IMG/VR virus record: IMGVR_UViG_3300028886_000059
Span: 1 to 64,000 of that record
Direction: 5' to 3' (one strand)
DNA length: 64,000 nucleotides
From: a virus
Lineage: Duplodnaviria > Caudoviricetes
Below the pieces are notes generated by a model. The model was given only the letters and a program-made list of their open reading frames with translations. It did not search any database and had not been told where the DNA came from. Both the position numbers and the translations under genes were made by a program. Each line of letters opens with the position of its first letter. The stretch's first letter is position 1. Shown piece after piece: positions 30,101 to 39,771 of this stretch.

Positions 30101-33100
30101 CCATGTCAAGCAGCGTGTCAAGCAGTGACGAACGGATATTGCTGAATGCGTTGAGCGACTCGTCAACCTCATAGCCTATGCCGTCCGCTATCTGCTGTGC
30201 CTTTCCTGCAAGTTCCTCGCGCTTCGCTACCTGCTCTTCAAGAAGCTGTGTCAGCCTTGCCTCGTCACCTGCCTCCAGTGCCTCCTTATATGCGGCCTTC
30301 CAGTTTTCAAGCCATTCGGTAAAGTCATCGCCAAGTACCATGCTTGACACCAAGTCCTCAAACATGACGCGCTGGATTTCCTTCTTCCACGATTCGCCGT
30401 CCTGCTGCATGTCGGTAAGGGTGGTAAGCCACATGTCACGCAGGTTACTGAAATACTCCTGCACCTTTTCCTCTTCATCTTCCGCGCCTGTTATCGCGTT
30501 GATGATGCCAAGCTGCTCAAAGTATGCCACCTGTTCGGCTGCATCGCCGTAAATCTTCTTGTATTCTTCAATCTTCTCGTTAATCATTTCGGCATATTCC
30601 TCATCGGTCATGTCGAAACTCATCCTGAGAATCCTTAGCTGACGGTACAGTTCATCAACGTCGATGCCGCCGTTCCAATACTGCTGCCAAACGTCATTCT
30701 TCGCCTTTTCGTATTCGGCTGCTGTAAGGCGGTTGGCACGCCCGTTTTGCAGGTCTGCCAAGCCCTGATACCATTCGGAAAGCCGCTTTTGGAAGTCATC
30801 GCCGAAGATAAGGTTGTTGATGACCATGCGATTCACCATCTTCTGCCAGTTCTCGGCCATTTCATCCATGACGGTCTCTGAGCCGTCCGCAAGGCTATAC
30901 AGGGAATCCAAGAAATCGTCAAAGACATTCTCCTTAGTCGTTGTGGTCAGCCTTTCGTTCAGTGCGTCGATGGCCTCCTCCGCAGCCTTTCCAGCCTCTA
31001 TGAAGTTGTCAAGGTACTTTTGGGCTTCGCTATGTATTGAGTTCCAAAACTGCGGTGCTTCGTGCTTTATCTTTTCAAGTTCCTGCCAGCTGAGATTGAA
31101 CAGATTGGAAACATTGTCATCCATCTGCCGCCAAATATCCTCGTTGTACTGTTTCAGGTACTCCCAGCTTGTATCTTCGTTGACGTTGTAGCCGTTGGAA
31201 TGGCTGAACCAGCCCGCACCGCTGCCAGCCCATCCCCTGTATATCTCTGCCGCTGCCTGCTGTGCGTCCTGCAATGTTTTCAAAGCCTGCCTGCTGTAGT
31301 CGATGGCCTGCTTACCGTAGGACTTCTCCATCAGTTCGCGTTCATACTTGATATTCTCTTCCCAATAGTCAAGGATGCCGCCCCACTTTTCGACTGCCTC
31401 CTCATAGGCCGACCAGTCCTCACCGCCGCCGAAAAGGTTTGCCACCATGCCTCCAAGACCGCTGAACACGCTGCCGACGATGTTTCCGACACCGCTGACA
31501 ACAGAACCGATGATTTGCGGTATCTGCTCAAGCACGGCCTCGATGACCGTTGCCACCTTGTCAAGTATTTGGTCTATGAATGCCGCTGGGTCATCACCAA
31601 GGGCATCAATGATGGAAAGGATGGCTCCGATGATACCGCCAATCTGCTTTCCTGCTTCGCCGAACAGCCCGCCGATGTTGGTAGCGGCCTCCTTGCTGCT
31701 GTCGCCGATAAGCCTGATAAGGTTGCCGACGGCAAGCACGAAGCCCGTAAGCGTACCCGATGTTATCTGACCGAGCACTGTATCGAAGTTCTGCAAGCCC
31801 TTTGCGGCTGCTTCCGTGTTCTGACGCAGCTGTGTGCCTGTCTCATCCTTGCGCTTCTGTTCGTTCTCAAGTGCCTGCTTGGTCTCGTCAGCCCATTTCT
31901 TAGCGGCTTCCAAATCCATGCCAGCAATATACTGCTGCTGAACGGTAGTTGCTTCTGCCACTGCCTTTTCAGCCTCCGACACTTTCCTGACGGCATCGGA
32001 ATGGGTTTCAGTGGCCAATTTGACATTCTTGACGCTATCCCTGTACTCGTTGGCAAGCCTGCCGATTTCATCCCATGTCTCTTTCTTGAACGGGTTGGAA
32101 ATCTTTACGCCGCCAGCTTCGGCAAGTTCATTACGAAGGTCGGCATAAGCCTTCTTAGCCTCTGCGCCCAAAGCCTTGAACTCGGTGGTCTGCATGTACT
32201 CCTCCACCTCCTTCATGGTTTCCTTCGCTATATCTTCCAAGATATTGCCGATGCCGCTGAACGTCTGCGTCCAGTCGATGCTTTGTGCAAGGCTCTGCGC
32301 ATCCAGCGCGGCCATCTTGGTGTTCTTTTCCTCTTCAAGGCTTTTCCTGCGCCATTCGCTTCTTTCGTTGGCTATCTTCTCGTCGTATTCATGTGCAATG
32401 GCATATTTCTGCTGTTCCACTGAACCGTACTCTTTCAGGTAGTCAAGCATGGCATGGGCTTCATCCTCGTAACGCTTCTGCACCAAACGCTTGTATTCGG
32501 CATTCTCTTTCAGGCGCAAAGCCTGTAGTTCGTCCATCTGCTCCTTGGCAAGCTGTAGGTTGATATATCCAGCCTTTCCTTCTTCCGTGTCGGAATAGGA
32601 CTGCCCGCTGTCTTGGTTCTTGGCCTCCCAAACGCTTTTGTTGAACTCATAGAGTTTCTTCTTCATTTCCTCTTCGCGCCTGTCGATGGCTTCAAGGTTC
32701 AACCTGTGCTGTTCATCCTGCTGGGCGCGTGTCCTTTCTTCCGCATTCTCTATGGTGGCAATCTTGGCGGCGTTCACAGCCTTGATGGTGGATTCGGTCT
32801 GTGCGGCTGCTTCCTGTTCTGCCTTTTGCTCCAGTTCGTACAGCTTCTGACGAAGGGCGGCATTGGCCTTGGCGTTCTTTTCTGCATCCTGACGAGCCTT
32901 TTCCTGTTCCTTGTTACGCTTATCGGCATTAGCATCGTAAGCCTTGATACCGCTGGCTTGAAGTGTTTTCTTCTCGGCATCAATCTCCTTCTGCATGTTA
33001 CCTTCGATAAGTTTTATCCTATCATTGCTTTCCTTGGTAAGCTGGTCGGAAATCTTCTTTGCAGCGGCCTTGCGCTTCGCCATGATTTGATTCACCTGCT

Positions 33101-35018
33101 CATCGGTGATGACAGGCAGACCGCCATAGGTGTATGCGCCGACGGACTTCAACTCGTCACGGGTGACATTGCCCTTTTCGCTGATGTCACCTATTCCGTA
33201 TTTGCCATTATCGTTCTTTTGCAGCTTATAGACCGCACCTCCGTTATCGACGGTTTTGTTGTACTGGCGTTCTATCTGTTCCTCATAAGCCTTTTGCAGC
33301 TGGCTTGCATAGGCCGCAGCCTTGGCACGCGACATCATGGCGGCTACTACGGCATCGGTATTCGTCACAAGAAGCCTTTCGGCATCGCTAACGCTGTCAA
33401 CGGCAAAGCCGAGGTTCTTGAACGCATCCTGATTATCCTTGATGAATCTTTCCTTCGCCTTGAGGTCATCGCCAAGTTCATCCCATTTCTTCTGCAACTC
33501 CCTATAGCTGATTAGCTGCTTAGACGCACTTTCCGCAACGGACTTAGCCCATTGCTCATGCTGTTCCTTGATGGCCTTGATATGCGCCTCCTTTTCTTCG
33601 CGGGCTTTCTTTTCTGCATCCGTCTCTGATGTCAGTGCCTTGACGATGGCATAGATGGCAGTGCCGAGGATGGCCAGCAAAGAAATGATTGCGCCTATCG
33701 GGTTGGCTCTCATGGCCGTGTTAAGACCTTCCTGTGCCACGGTGGCCGCTGTAGTCGCAGCAGTCTGAACGCCACGCGCCTTTGCAAGCGCAAACGTCTT
33801 GACCTCCTCGATGGCCAGCATCACATTGCTGGTTTTCTTGACAAGGTTGTATGTCGTTTCCAGTCCGACGAGCACGGCCAGCACCGACTGCACCTTTGCC
33901 TGAATCTGTGCCAGCTTCTCGTTCTCGGAATTGAAGAGCCCCATAACGCCAGTGACAAGACCTGCCGCACCTGCCACACCCTGCAATCCGACCTTCAACG
34001 TGGTAAGGTTCTTATTCGGGTCAGCGAAATACTGCATGGTGGCACTTGCAAGGGTCATTTGACGGCGAAGCTGTCCTGCCTGTTCCGCTAACTGCTGGAA
34101 CTCAGGAGTACCCTGACGGCCTGCCGCAATCATCTGCATCAGTTCATCACGCACATTCATTATCTGCGTGCGCATCCTGACATGGTGGCCGTTGATATTC
34201 GACAGTTCATCGACGTATTTCTTCTGTTCGTCTGTGAGTTCGTTGTATTCCTTCTTTGCGGCTTCCAGTTCCTTGACGGCCTTTCCCCACTTGGCCTCCA
34301 CCTCGTCGATGTCCTTCATGCTGACAGACTTGTCACCTGCCTCTATCTTCTTCCAAAGGTCATCAAGTATGGAGTTGTAGGCTTCAACGTCGCCGACGGC
34401 CTTTGCCATCCGACGTGCCATCTCGTCCGATTCCTTTGACAGTTCCTTTAGGCTGTTCCTGATTTCGTCGGTCTTGATACGCTTGGAGGCTTCATCCATC
34501 TGTTCACCCATCTGCTGAATGGCTGGGATGTTGTTCTGCCTGACGGCATCGGCCATCTTCCGCAGCTGGCTCTGCTGCTCCTCGTATGCGGCACGCTGAC
34601 GCTGGATTTCTGCCGTAAGTTCTGCATTTGCCCTTTGCAGTTCACGAATCTGCGCGATATTGTCATCATTGGTCTTGATGTTGCCAGCAATGGTGCTTCC
34701 GTCACCAAGGGCTTTCGCCATAGCGTCAAGTTTGCCTTTCAGACCTTCAAAGTATTTGTCAAGGTTATCGCACATCAAGACAACCTGCTCATCGAACTTC
34801 TTCAATTCGCCCGTAGGGTTGGAAAGGTCGATTTTCACGCTGACAGACTCAAGCATCCTTTCGTTGTCGCGCACCTTCTTGAAGAACTGGTCAACACTCA
34901 TGCCAGTCTGCTCGATGACCTGCCTTGTCTTCTTCATGCCATCCCTCACGTTCCGCAAGGTCTGTGAAAAGCTGCTGTCATCACCGACAATATCTATATG
35001 CAAATCGTATTCGCCCAT
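27174..35018 (-). CDS. tape measure protein
   Basis: 2614 aa, helical; ANPIGAII hydrophobic segment; ~100-aa internal repeats. Confidence 0.9.
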   Translation of the reverse strand: MGEYDLHIDIVGDDSSFSQTLRNVRDGMKKTRQVIEQTGMSVDQFFKKVRDNERMLESVSVKIDLSNPTGELKKFDEQVVLMCDNLDKYFEGLKGKLDAMAKALGDGSTIAGNIKTNDDNIAQIRELQRANAELTAEIQRQRAAYEEQQSQLRKMADAVRQNNIPAIQQMGEQMDEASKRIKTDEIRNSLKELSKESDEMARRMAKAVGDVEAYNSILDDLWKKIEAGDKSVSMKDIDEVEAKWGKAVKELEAAKKEYNELTDEQKKYVDELSNINGHHVRMRTQIMNVRDELMQMIAAGRQGTPEFQQLAEQAGQLRRQMTLASATMQYFADPNKNLTTLKVGLQGVAGAAGLVTGVMGLFNSENEKLAQIQAKVQSVLAVLVGLETTYNLVKKTSNVMLAIEEVKTFALAKARGVQTAATTAATVAQEGLNTAMRANPIGAIISLLAILGTAIYAIVKALTSETDAEKKAREEKEAHIKAIKEQHEQWAKSVAESASKQLISYRELQKKWDELGDDLKAKERFIKDNQDAFKNLGFAVDSVSDAERLLVTNTDAVVAAMMSRAKAAAYASQLQKAYEEQIERQYNKTVDNGGAVYKLQKNDNGKYGIGDISEKGNVTRDELKSVGAYTYGGLPVITDEQVNQIMAKRKAAAKKISDQLTKESNDRIKLIEGNMQKEIDAEKKTLQASGIKAYDANADKRNKEQEKARQDAEKNAKANAALRQKLYELEQKAEQEAAAQTESTIKAVNAAKIATIENAEERTRAQQDEQHRLNLEAIDRREEEMKKKLYEFNKSVWEAKNQDSGQSYSDTEEGKAGYINLQLAKEQMDELQALRLKENAEYKRLVQKRYEDEAHAMLDYLKEYGSVEQQKYAIAHEYDEKIANERSEWRRKSLEEEKNTKMAALDAQSLAQSIDWTQTFSGIGNILEDIAKETMKEVEEYMQTTEFKALGAEAKKAYADLRNELAEAGGVKISNPFKKETWDEIGRLANEYRDSVKNVKLATETHSDAVRKVSEAEKAVAEATTVQQQYIAGMDLEAAKKWADETKQALENEQKRKDETGTQLRQNTEAAAKGLQNFDTVLGQITSGTLTGFVLAVGNLIRLIGDSSKEAATNIGGLFGEAGKQIGGIIGAILSIIDALGDDPAAFIDQILDKVATVIEAVLEQIPQIIGSVVSGVGNIVGSVFSGLGGMVANLFGGGEDWSAYEEAVEKWGGILDYWEENIKYERELMEKSYGKQAIDYSRQALKTLQDAQQAAAEIYRGWAGSGAGWFSHSNGYNVNEDTSWEYLKQYNEDIWRQMDDNVSNLFNLSWQELEKIKHEAPQFWNSIHSEAQKYLDNFIEAGKAAEEAIDALNERLTTTTKENVFDDFLDSLYSLADGSETVMDEMAENWQKMVNRMVINNLIFGDDFQKRLSEWYQGLADLQNGRANRLTAAEYEKAKNDVWQQYWNGGIDVDELYRQLRILRMSFDMTDEEYAEMINEKIEEYKKIYGDAAEQVAYFEQLGIINAITGAEDEEEKVQEYFSNLRDMWLTTLTDMQQDGESWKKEIQRVMFEDLVSSMVLGDDFTEWLENWKAAYKEALEAGDEARLTQLLEEQVAKREELAGKAQQIADGIGYEVDESLNAFSNIRSSLLDTLLDMDADADAWGRKIRETLLSEMVEKTIIESMGLGELMENFGKQLLGFLTNETLTDAARQQSIDEVLKEMEESFGKASELVQKMRDALGIGKQEEERVSVFSDLRKDFLDTLMDMEDDAVSFRTRLDNIMLQDLMEKQVLDVPFTINGMTFDDFDTYLEDWNKRYMEAVASGNQEIIDALLDELVQARSITIEAAQQLRERLNLNNAVKDTTFKDMADNWISTLMDMEATADDWAESVGRMMAQRIIEQMISAKMIQPLLDQLQDAFDKVMSEEGATWESAIAALSPEIEKLKDGFDELQPIVQQILNAFGIFKEDLDEIEEEVDTTFSSLTDSWISMLMDMEATADDWAKSVGRVMAQRIIEEMVAAKMLQPYLDALQSAFDGAIASGGTIDSVIAAVLPKINELKDQFGEIRPIVEAIMNAFGLIEEKVEDIEEEVGDTTFKGMASEWASALMDMEMTADDWAKNVGRIMAQKIIEGMLIPTLIQPLLDQMQVAFDAAMNMANATWQTAVAAMSPYLDQLKDVFNEVQPIAEQILNAFGIFREVKEEVVEEAKEGFSDLRGLFVSALMDMEADADKFGKDIARKMTEQMIDKLIEKQFGSQLDAINEAWYNALEAGDTAAMERIRQQLIELQKLCGEAVQPLLDTLAQIEYVPEVVEEEVDDTITSMRDDFLSALMDMRAGTKDFVTDIRTLLAQKLVEKFILNSQFDTWLNSIQQKYEAIMNSGKSEEEMAEAMQRLATEWGLQAKEMQEQTQHIFDITGLTDVLEQLNYPIADLRSTFRSALMDMTSDAQTFADNISQALTEAFIDRFVLGDEFDKRLEEWQEQYASIMRGNYTEEERAQLLNNLRQAITAAKEGYADEAKLIHELMGTTSYTDQKATMNMSDKATYDQFETYLGIAVAQQQATLQGNDVRQQILTVLQNMSGISTPKNDELESIRMLAVTRNEYLLDIKRTNRDILNHLDNHLGSIDSKLTGLI

Positions 35019-35050
35019 AAAGCAAAAAAATCAAATAAACAACTTACCTG

Positions 35051-35122
35051 CAAAGATACTTTTATAAAGCCTGTAAATCCACTCAAATGAATCTTTTGCT
35101 TTCACCATATTTTTAAAGTGAA
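35051..35122 (-). promoter_or_regulatory. late-class promoter
   Basis: caaagata at 35051, ttcacc at 35101. Confidence 0.8.
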
Positions 35123-35163
35123 GAAAAAGCGCGAAAAGCACGGAAAAGAGGCATTTCTACCCT

Positions 35164-35910
35164 CTATTTCACTTGTATGCCCTTGCTTGCAAAGAACGAT
35201 GACACCTGACCGAACGAATCGGGATTGTTAGCGTCGAGCATGTTTCCACCTTCCGCAGTCGGCACATCCTTCATCTCATCATCCGTCATGTATATCGACG
35301 TTATCTTGTCTGCCAGCATCAGGCGCAAAAAAGTGTAGCCGCGCTCAAACAGGATTTCATTGTCGGTATATCCTATCTCCTTCAACTGGCCTATGAATGA
35401 GCCGAAGATGGAAACACCGCCTATTGTGATGTTGTTCTTGCCGTTCCTGTTCTTGATTTCCATTATCTTCGTCAGCCTTTCACGCTCCTTGTCAATGCCA
35501 AGGTGTTTCAGCAGGAGTTCCGTGTTGTCGGAAGAGATAAGGATGTTTATCAGCAAAGCGGCCAGTTCGTCAGTGCTAATCCTATCCAGCATGGCGATAC
35601 GCGCTACCTTCCAGTCGGCATCATACAAGTCCTTATAGGTGTTCGGCGTTGTGTATATGGCAAGAATCTCACAGCATGTTTCACGTTTTTCAGTGACAAG
35701 GCGAAGAGCCTCGACGTATGCGTTTTCTTTCAGCTTCCCCTTATCGACACCAAGCGAATCGAAATGCTTCTTCAACAGGTACTTCTTTGCAAGGGTGACA
35801 GGATAGAAACGTACTAAACTATCACCTACCTTGAACTCCTGCGGCTTTTCCGATATGATGTCAGCAAGTTCGTATTCGATTTTTATATTCTTCTTTTCAT
35901 CTTCTATCAT
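35164..35910 (-). CDS. tail assembly chaperone
   Basis: Between the major tail gene and the tape measure. Confidence 0.7.
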   Translation of the reverse strand: MIEDEKKNIKIEYELADIISEKPQEFKVGDSLVRFYPVTLAKKYLLKKHFDSLGVDKGKLKENAYVEALRLVTEKRETCCEILAIYTTPNTYKDLYDADWKVARIAMLDRISTDELAALLINILISSDNTELLLKHLGIDKERERLTKIMEIKNRNGKNNITIGGVSIFGSFIGQLKEIGYTDNEILFERGYTFLRLMLADKITSIYMTDDEMKDVPTAEGGNMLDANNPDSFGQVSSFFASKGIQVK

Positions 35911-35912
35911 AG

Positions 35913-35967
35913 TGGCGGGGCATGGAGTCGAACCACAACAGGCGAAACACCCTTGACCATCACCGCC
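35913..35967 (-). ncRNA. mini tRNA-like element (acceptor stem plus T-arm)
   Basis: GGCGGUG...UGUGG-UUCGACU-CCAUG-CCCCGCC-A; D and anticodon arms replaced by a short hairpin. Confidence 0.6.
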
Positions 35968-36000
35968 AAAAAAAATGCCGCCTTATTGACCCAAGGCGGC
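35968..36000 (-). terminator. intrinsic terminator after the major tail gene
   Basis: gccgcctt...aaggcggc stem plus U-tract. Confidence 0.75.
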
Positions 36001-36018
36001 AAGGGCTTGATGTCACCG

Positions 36019-36630
36019 TTAGCCCGATACGACTTCCGTAAGGGCGTAGTAGGTGGTTCCGTTCTGAGGAGCGGTGTCCCAAGAATGGATGTATGAGTTT
36101 CCGTTCTTGATGAACCAGCCTTCCTCCTTCGGGTTCTTGTTGCTGTAACCCTCAGATGAAGATGACACTGCCGTGTACTCCATGTTGTCGGCGGTATGCT
36201 TCTTGATGTCAACATCGTCCAAGTTTCCGTTGGAGTCGGTAGAACCCTTGGTCTTATAGTAGTAGTGAGCCACAAGACCGTCAGTAGTGTTCTGCTTCAA
36301 CGTAATCTTACGCGACACATTCTTCAGTTCCGCATACACAGCACCGATGTTCTTTGGAATGATGGCGATGTCACCAGCATCCTCGACGAAGCCAAGCGTA
36401 ACCTCGTTCTCGTCACCGATACGACGGTCATACTCGATGATGTACTTGTCGGGGTTCTGCTTGCGACCCTCGGCCTTTCCACCTTCGATGTTGGCCTCCT
36501 GTTCAGAACCTTCTTCCACACTGAGGGATGCGGAGTTCTCCACGATGTCAGCATGTCTTACGACGGTGTTGTTGTCAACCGTGTTAGTACCTGTGCATTC
36601 GCCCCAGCCTAAAATCTTCTTAACTGCCAT
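36019..36630 (-). CDS. major tail protein
   Basis: Synteny; LGWGEC...EGG pattern; C-terminal NPKEEGW..TYY module. Confidence 0.75.
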   Translation of the reverse strand: MAVKKILGWGECTGTNTVDNNTVVRHADIVENSASLSVEEGSEQEANIEGGKAEGRKQNPDKYIIEYDRRIGDENEVTLGFVEDAGDIAIIPKNIGAVYAELKNVSRKITLKQNTTDGLVAHYYYKTKGSTDSNGNLDDVDIKKHTADNMEYTAVSSSSEGYSNKNPKEEGWFIKNGNSYIHSWDTAPQNGTTYYALTEVVSG

Positions 36631-36632
36631 TT

Positions 36633-37028
36633 CTATTCGTTGTTAAAGTTGTACCTTATTCTATTGTTGATAACATGCTCGTCCTTTCCGTTCACAGGCA
36701 TTATCCTCTGCTTTTCAAGACGGATGATGAACCCGTCGCCATAAACGCATTTCAATGCCGTTTCACAGACTTTCGCAAGCAACTTTGTACGTGGTATATC
36801 TTCTACGGATTCGCCGTCGCTGTCGATGTTCGGAACATAGACGTTCACGTTCACGATACACTTCTGTATCTGCCCGTTGTCGCCGTCAAGAACGGATATG
36901 ATGCAGTCCTCGGACGCAGAGCCGCCCTTGCGGGGGATATAGCGTATTTCGCCCTTGATGTTCAATGCTATCGCAGACTCCTTTACGACTGCGAACACAT
37001 CCTGCCTTATTTCAACATCCGTTTTCAT
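36633..37028 (-). CDS. tail terminator/completion protein
   Basis: Synteny; VNVNVYVPNI. Confidence 0.7.
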   Translation of the reverse strand: MKTDVEIRQDVFAVVKESAIALNIKGEIRYIPRKGGSASEDCIISVLDGDNGQIQKCIVNVNVYVPNIDSDGESVEDIPRTKLLAKVCETALKCVYGDGFIIRLEKQRIMPVNGKDEHVINNRIRYNFNNE

Positions 37029-37495
37029 TTCCTTTCAAACACTTTTGCGATTCTTTCTGTTAGCATCCGTTCAATGTTACCCTCGATGTATAGCTGACCG
37101 CCAGCAAGCACGACTTTACTTTCTATGGCCTCCACATACGCCGCATAGTCTTCACCAGCGACAATGACAAGCGCAAATCGGAATGATGCGTATTCTGATG
37201 CAAGTCTTTCGCACAAGGCTCGACCCTTCTCAGAACCTTCCTTTCCGTCAAGTACCGTCCTAAAGTCAGACATCTTTACGATTTCGCCATCCCTGCACAC
37301 CGCGAACCCTACCGACGAACGGAGTGAGCCTGTCTGATTGTTCCAGTTGCTCAAATCCCCGTTTCTGATACCTTCAACAACATATTCGCCTATTTCAGCG
37401 AACACGTCAATGACGGCATTCTCCACTTCGGATTTAATGTTTTCAAGTTGCGCAAGCAGCTTGTCAAAAGAATCCTGCCTGACTACTACACCCAT
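37025..37495 (-). CDS. HK97 gp10-like neck protein
   Basis: NQTGSLRSSVG...YAAYVE. Confidence 0.75.
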   Translation of the reverse strand: MGVVVRQDSFDKLLAQLENIKSEVENAVIDVFAEIGEYVVEGIRNGDLSNWNNQTGSLRSSVGFAVCRDGEIVKMSDFRTVLDGKEGSEKGRALCERLASEYASFRFALVIVAGEDYAAYVEAIESKVVLAGGQLYIEGNIERMLTERIAKVFERK

Positions 37496-37821
37496 ATACG
37501 AGCGTTCAGCTGATAGCGGTGGAATCCCAGCACCCTAAATTCCCTGTCATTCTCGATGGCGTTGCCGTCACCGTCGATGAGCCTTACCTTATCGCCAACC
37601 TTGAGCGTCATGCAGTCATGGTTGAGATAGACGGTATAGGAATAGATGCGTGCCGTTCCGTCCTGAAAGGGTATCTGCCTTGCCGAGCCGTTCGGCTCAA
37701 ATCGGCATGGGATTTCAACGGTGCTTTCCGTATCAGGCTGCGGTACGCCGTTTTCATCCGTGCCGCCTCCAGTTCGGGTGACGACTTGCAACTTATGTGG
37801 TCTGAATGATACTCCGTACAT
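37486..37821 (-). CDS. head closure protein
   Basis: Synteny, size and beta-rich sequence. Confidence 0.65.
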   Translation of the reverse strand: MYGVSFRPHKLQVVTRTGGGTDENGVPQPDTESTVEIPCRFEPNGSARQIPFQDGTARIYSYTVYLNHDCMTLKVGDKVRLIDGDGNAIENDREFRVLGFHRYQLNARIWV

Positions 37822-37824
37822 GTC

Positions 37825-38166
37825 CTACCACTTTGAGGAAACATCCCTTATCATGCTGACACCGAGAAGAGATACCACTTCGGGGTTCGGGGTAAGCCCG
37901 TACTTCTTGCAGAGGTACATATACAGCTTCCCCAAATCCTCGTAGTTCCACGATAACGACATACCACCCTCGCTGACTGAACGCAGTTTCGGCGCAAGAA
38001 CCTGCTCCTCTATAATCCCGACGATGGCCTTGTTGACGGCCAAGCTGTTTGAAGCGGAATATTCCTGATTCGTGTCAAGGCCGAAATCTACCTGTACGTC
38101 AGCAAACTGCGCCTCCGTCAGACTGATGGAGGGCAGTTTCTGTGATATGTATTCCTTTATCGTCAT
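37825..38166 (-). CDS. head-tail adaptor
   Basis: SVSEGGMSLSW...LCKKYGL. Confidence 0.7.
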   Translation of the reverse strand: MTIKEYISQKLPSISLTEAQFADVQVDFGLDTNQEYSASNSLAVNKAIVGIIEEQVLAPKLRSVSEGGMSLSWNYEDLGKLYMYLCKKYGLTPNPEVVSLLGVSMIRDVSSKW

Positions 38167-38177
38167 AGCGTCAGAAG

Positions 38178-38666
38178 TTACTCTTCATCACCTTTCAGGG
38201 CATCCAGTTCATCCTGTGCCACCTTGAGGGCTTCCTCGGCCTTGGCCAGTGCTTCGGCGGCTTTTTCAGCCTTTGCATTTGCCTTGGCGATTTGCTTCTC
38301 GTCGGTCAGACCTTCCTTTGCGGCTTCGGCTTCGTCGGCCTTGGCCTTGGCGGTTTCGACCTTTTCAGTGGCTTTCAGAACCTTCTCCTCGGCCTTGGCG
38401 ATGGCTTTCTCCTTTGCTTCGGCTTCCTTTGCGGCGGCTTCTGCCTCCTTTGCCTTGGCCTCTGCTTCCGCTTTCGCGGCGGCTTCGGCTTCGTCGGCCT
38501 TGGGTGCTTCGGCTACCTTCTTGGGTTCCGCATAGGGTTCTGCCAAACCACGGCTGATAACGTCCTTTGCGCGTTCATCTTCAAAATCCACCACGTCGCC
38601 TACGTTGAAGAAGTGCGACATGTTGAACTTATCCTTGAAGCGGGTGATTACCTTAATCTTCTTCAT
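38178..38666 (-). CDS. capsid-adjacent protein with Ala/Glu/Lys-rich coiled-coil tail
   Basis: KVITRFKDK..VGDVV..ERAKDVISRGLA N-terminus plus low-complexity tail. Confidence 0.75.
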   Translation of the reverse strand: MKKIKVITRFKDKFNMSHFFNVGDVVDFEDERAKDVISRGLAEPYAEPKKVAEAPKADEAEAAAKAEAEAKAKEAEAAAKEAEAKEKAIAKAEEKVLKATEKVETAKAKADEAEAAKEGLTDEKQIAKANAKAEKAAEALAKAEEALKVAQDELDALKGDEE

Positions 38667-38685
38667 ATTCCAGTCCTCCTACGGT

Positions 38686-39768
38686 TTAACCCATCACGCT
38701 CTTGGGGTCGAGTGTGTAGATTTGGTCAACGTTGTGGACTACGGGAACGGCCATAGCCTGCGAAGAGGTGAACTCACGCAGCGGGTCGTTCTTGGAATAC
38801 TGGCTGCAAAGGATGTAGCCTTCGACGGTAGAGTAGGTGACACCAGCGACGGGATGAGACTGCTCGGCAGTGTTGGTATAGACCAAATCGCCGACGGTAT
38901 CATCACAGGTGAACACCATGCGACCCTCTGCCCAAGGCTTGTGGTTCTTCTTGATGCCATTCACCTCCGTCTTGATGGAACGGTTGATGCGGTGCAGCAC
39001 AACACCCCACTTACGCTGGAATACCTGCGACACTTGGTCGAAGTCGAGGTTGGGGATGTTGTTTCCGACGAAGTTCTGATTGAACGCAAACAGCTGCTTG
39101 AACTGTGTGTTCTTATACAGTGCGCGGAGCGCATAATCGTCGGTGAACACGTCGGTAATGGTGTTTTGGTCTTCCAGTGCCTTGTCGAACACCTGCTCGA
39201 TGTCATCAACGGCCAGTGCATCGGCATGGTCTGCCCATGCCTTAACCTTGGCAACGAACTGGTTAGCGTCAAGGTAGCCGACATTCACGCGAACACCTGT
39301 TCCAGCGTTGCGCGAACTCAGACCGACACCCGTAGAGAGCTCAGACAGGAACATGTCCTCGAGACGCTCGAAGATACCTTCGATACAACGACGCAGATTT
39401 ACGAAAATCTTTCCGATAATCTGCTGAATCGGCATCTGCTTGGCAATCATGTTCTCGATGTCCTTCATCTGCTTTTCAGTCAGATACAGCTTCATGCCCA
39501 GCTTGGGAATCTCACCGTGGGCGACCTCGATGGTGTCGAGGCTCTTCAACGGCAGTTCCGAATCCAGCGCAACAACGTCAGCGGCTACGCGGGTGTACTG
39601 TGCAAGCACAGAAGCCCACATGCCATCGGACGAATACTGCGGGGTGAGCATCGTCTTGTAGAGATACGGCAACGACTGTTGACGCTTCTCATTCAGCTTT
39701 TCCACGATGGAAAGAACCAGCAGCGGAAAATACTTCTCAGTGTATTGGAAATAAAGTGACTGTTGCAT
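38686..39768 (-). CDS. major capsid protein
   Basis: 360 aa; AADVVALDSELPLK..GEIPKLG; DPLREFTSSQAMAVPV. Confidence 0.85.
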   Translation of the reverse strand: MQQSLYFQYTEKYFPLLVLSIVEKLNEKRQQSLPYLYKTMLTPQYSSDGMWASVLAQYTRVAADVVALDSELPLKSLDTIEVAHGEIPKLGMKLYLTEKQMKDIENMIAKQMPIQQIIGKIFVNLRRCIEGIFERLEDMFLSELSTGVGLSSRNAGTGVRVNVGYLDANQFVAKVKAWADHADALAVDDIEQVFDKALEDQNTITDVFTDDYALRALYKNTQFKQLFAFNQNFVGNNIPNLDFDQVSQVFQRKWGVVLHRINRSIKTEVNGIKKNHKPWAEGRMVFTCDDTVGDLVYTNTAEQSHPVAGVTYSTVEGYILCSQYSKNDPLREFTSSQAMAVPVVHNVDQIYTLDPKSVMG

Positions 39769-39771
39769 GGC

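Noticed and set aside
27843-33515. Long plus-strand ORFs (e.g. 27843-29003, 31062-32423; also 38605-39759)
   Set aside because: Antisense shadows of the tape measure and capsid genes, with no recognisable motifs.
35164-35910. Programmed frameshift in the tail assembly chaperone
   Set aside because: A single continuous 248-aa ORF fills the interval; no second overlapping frame is needed.
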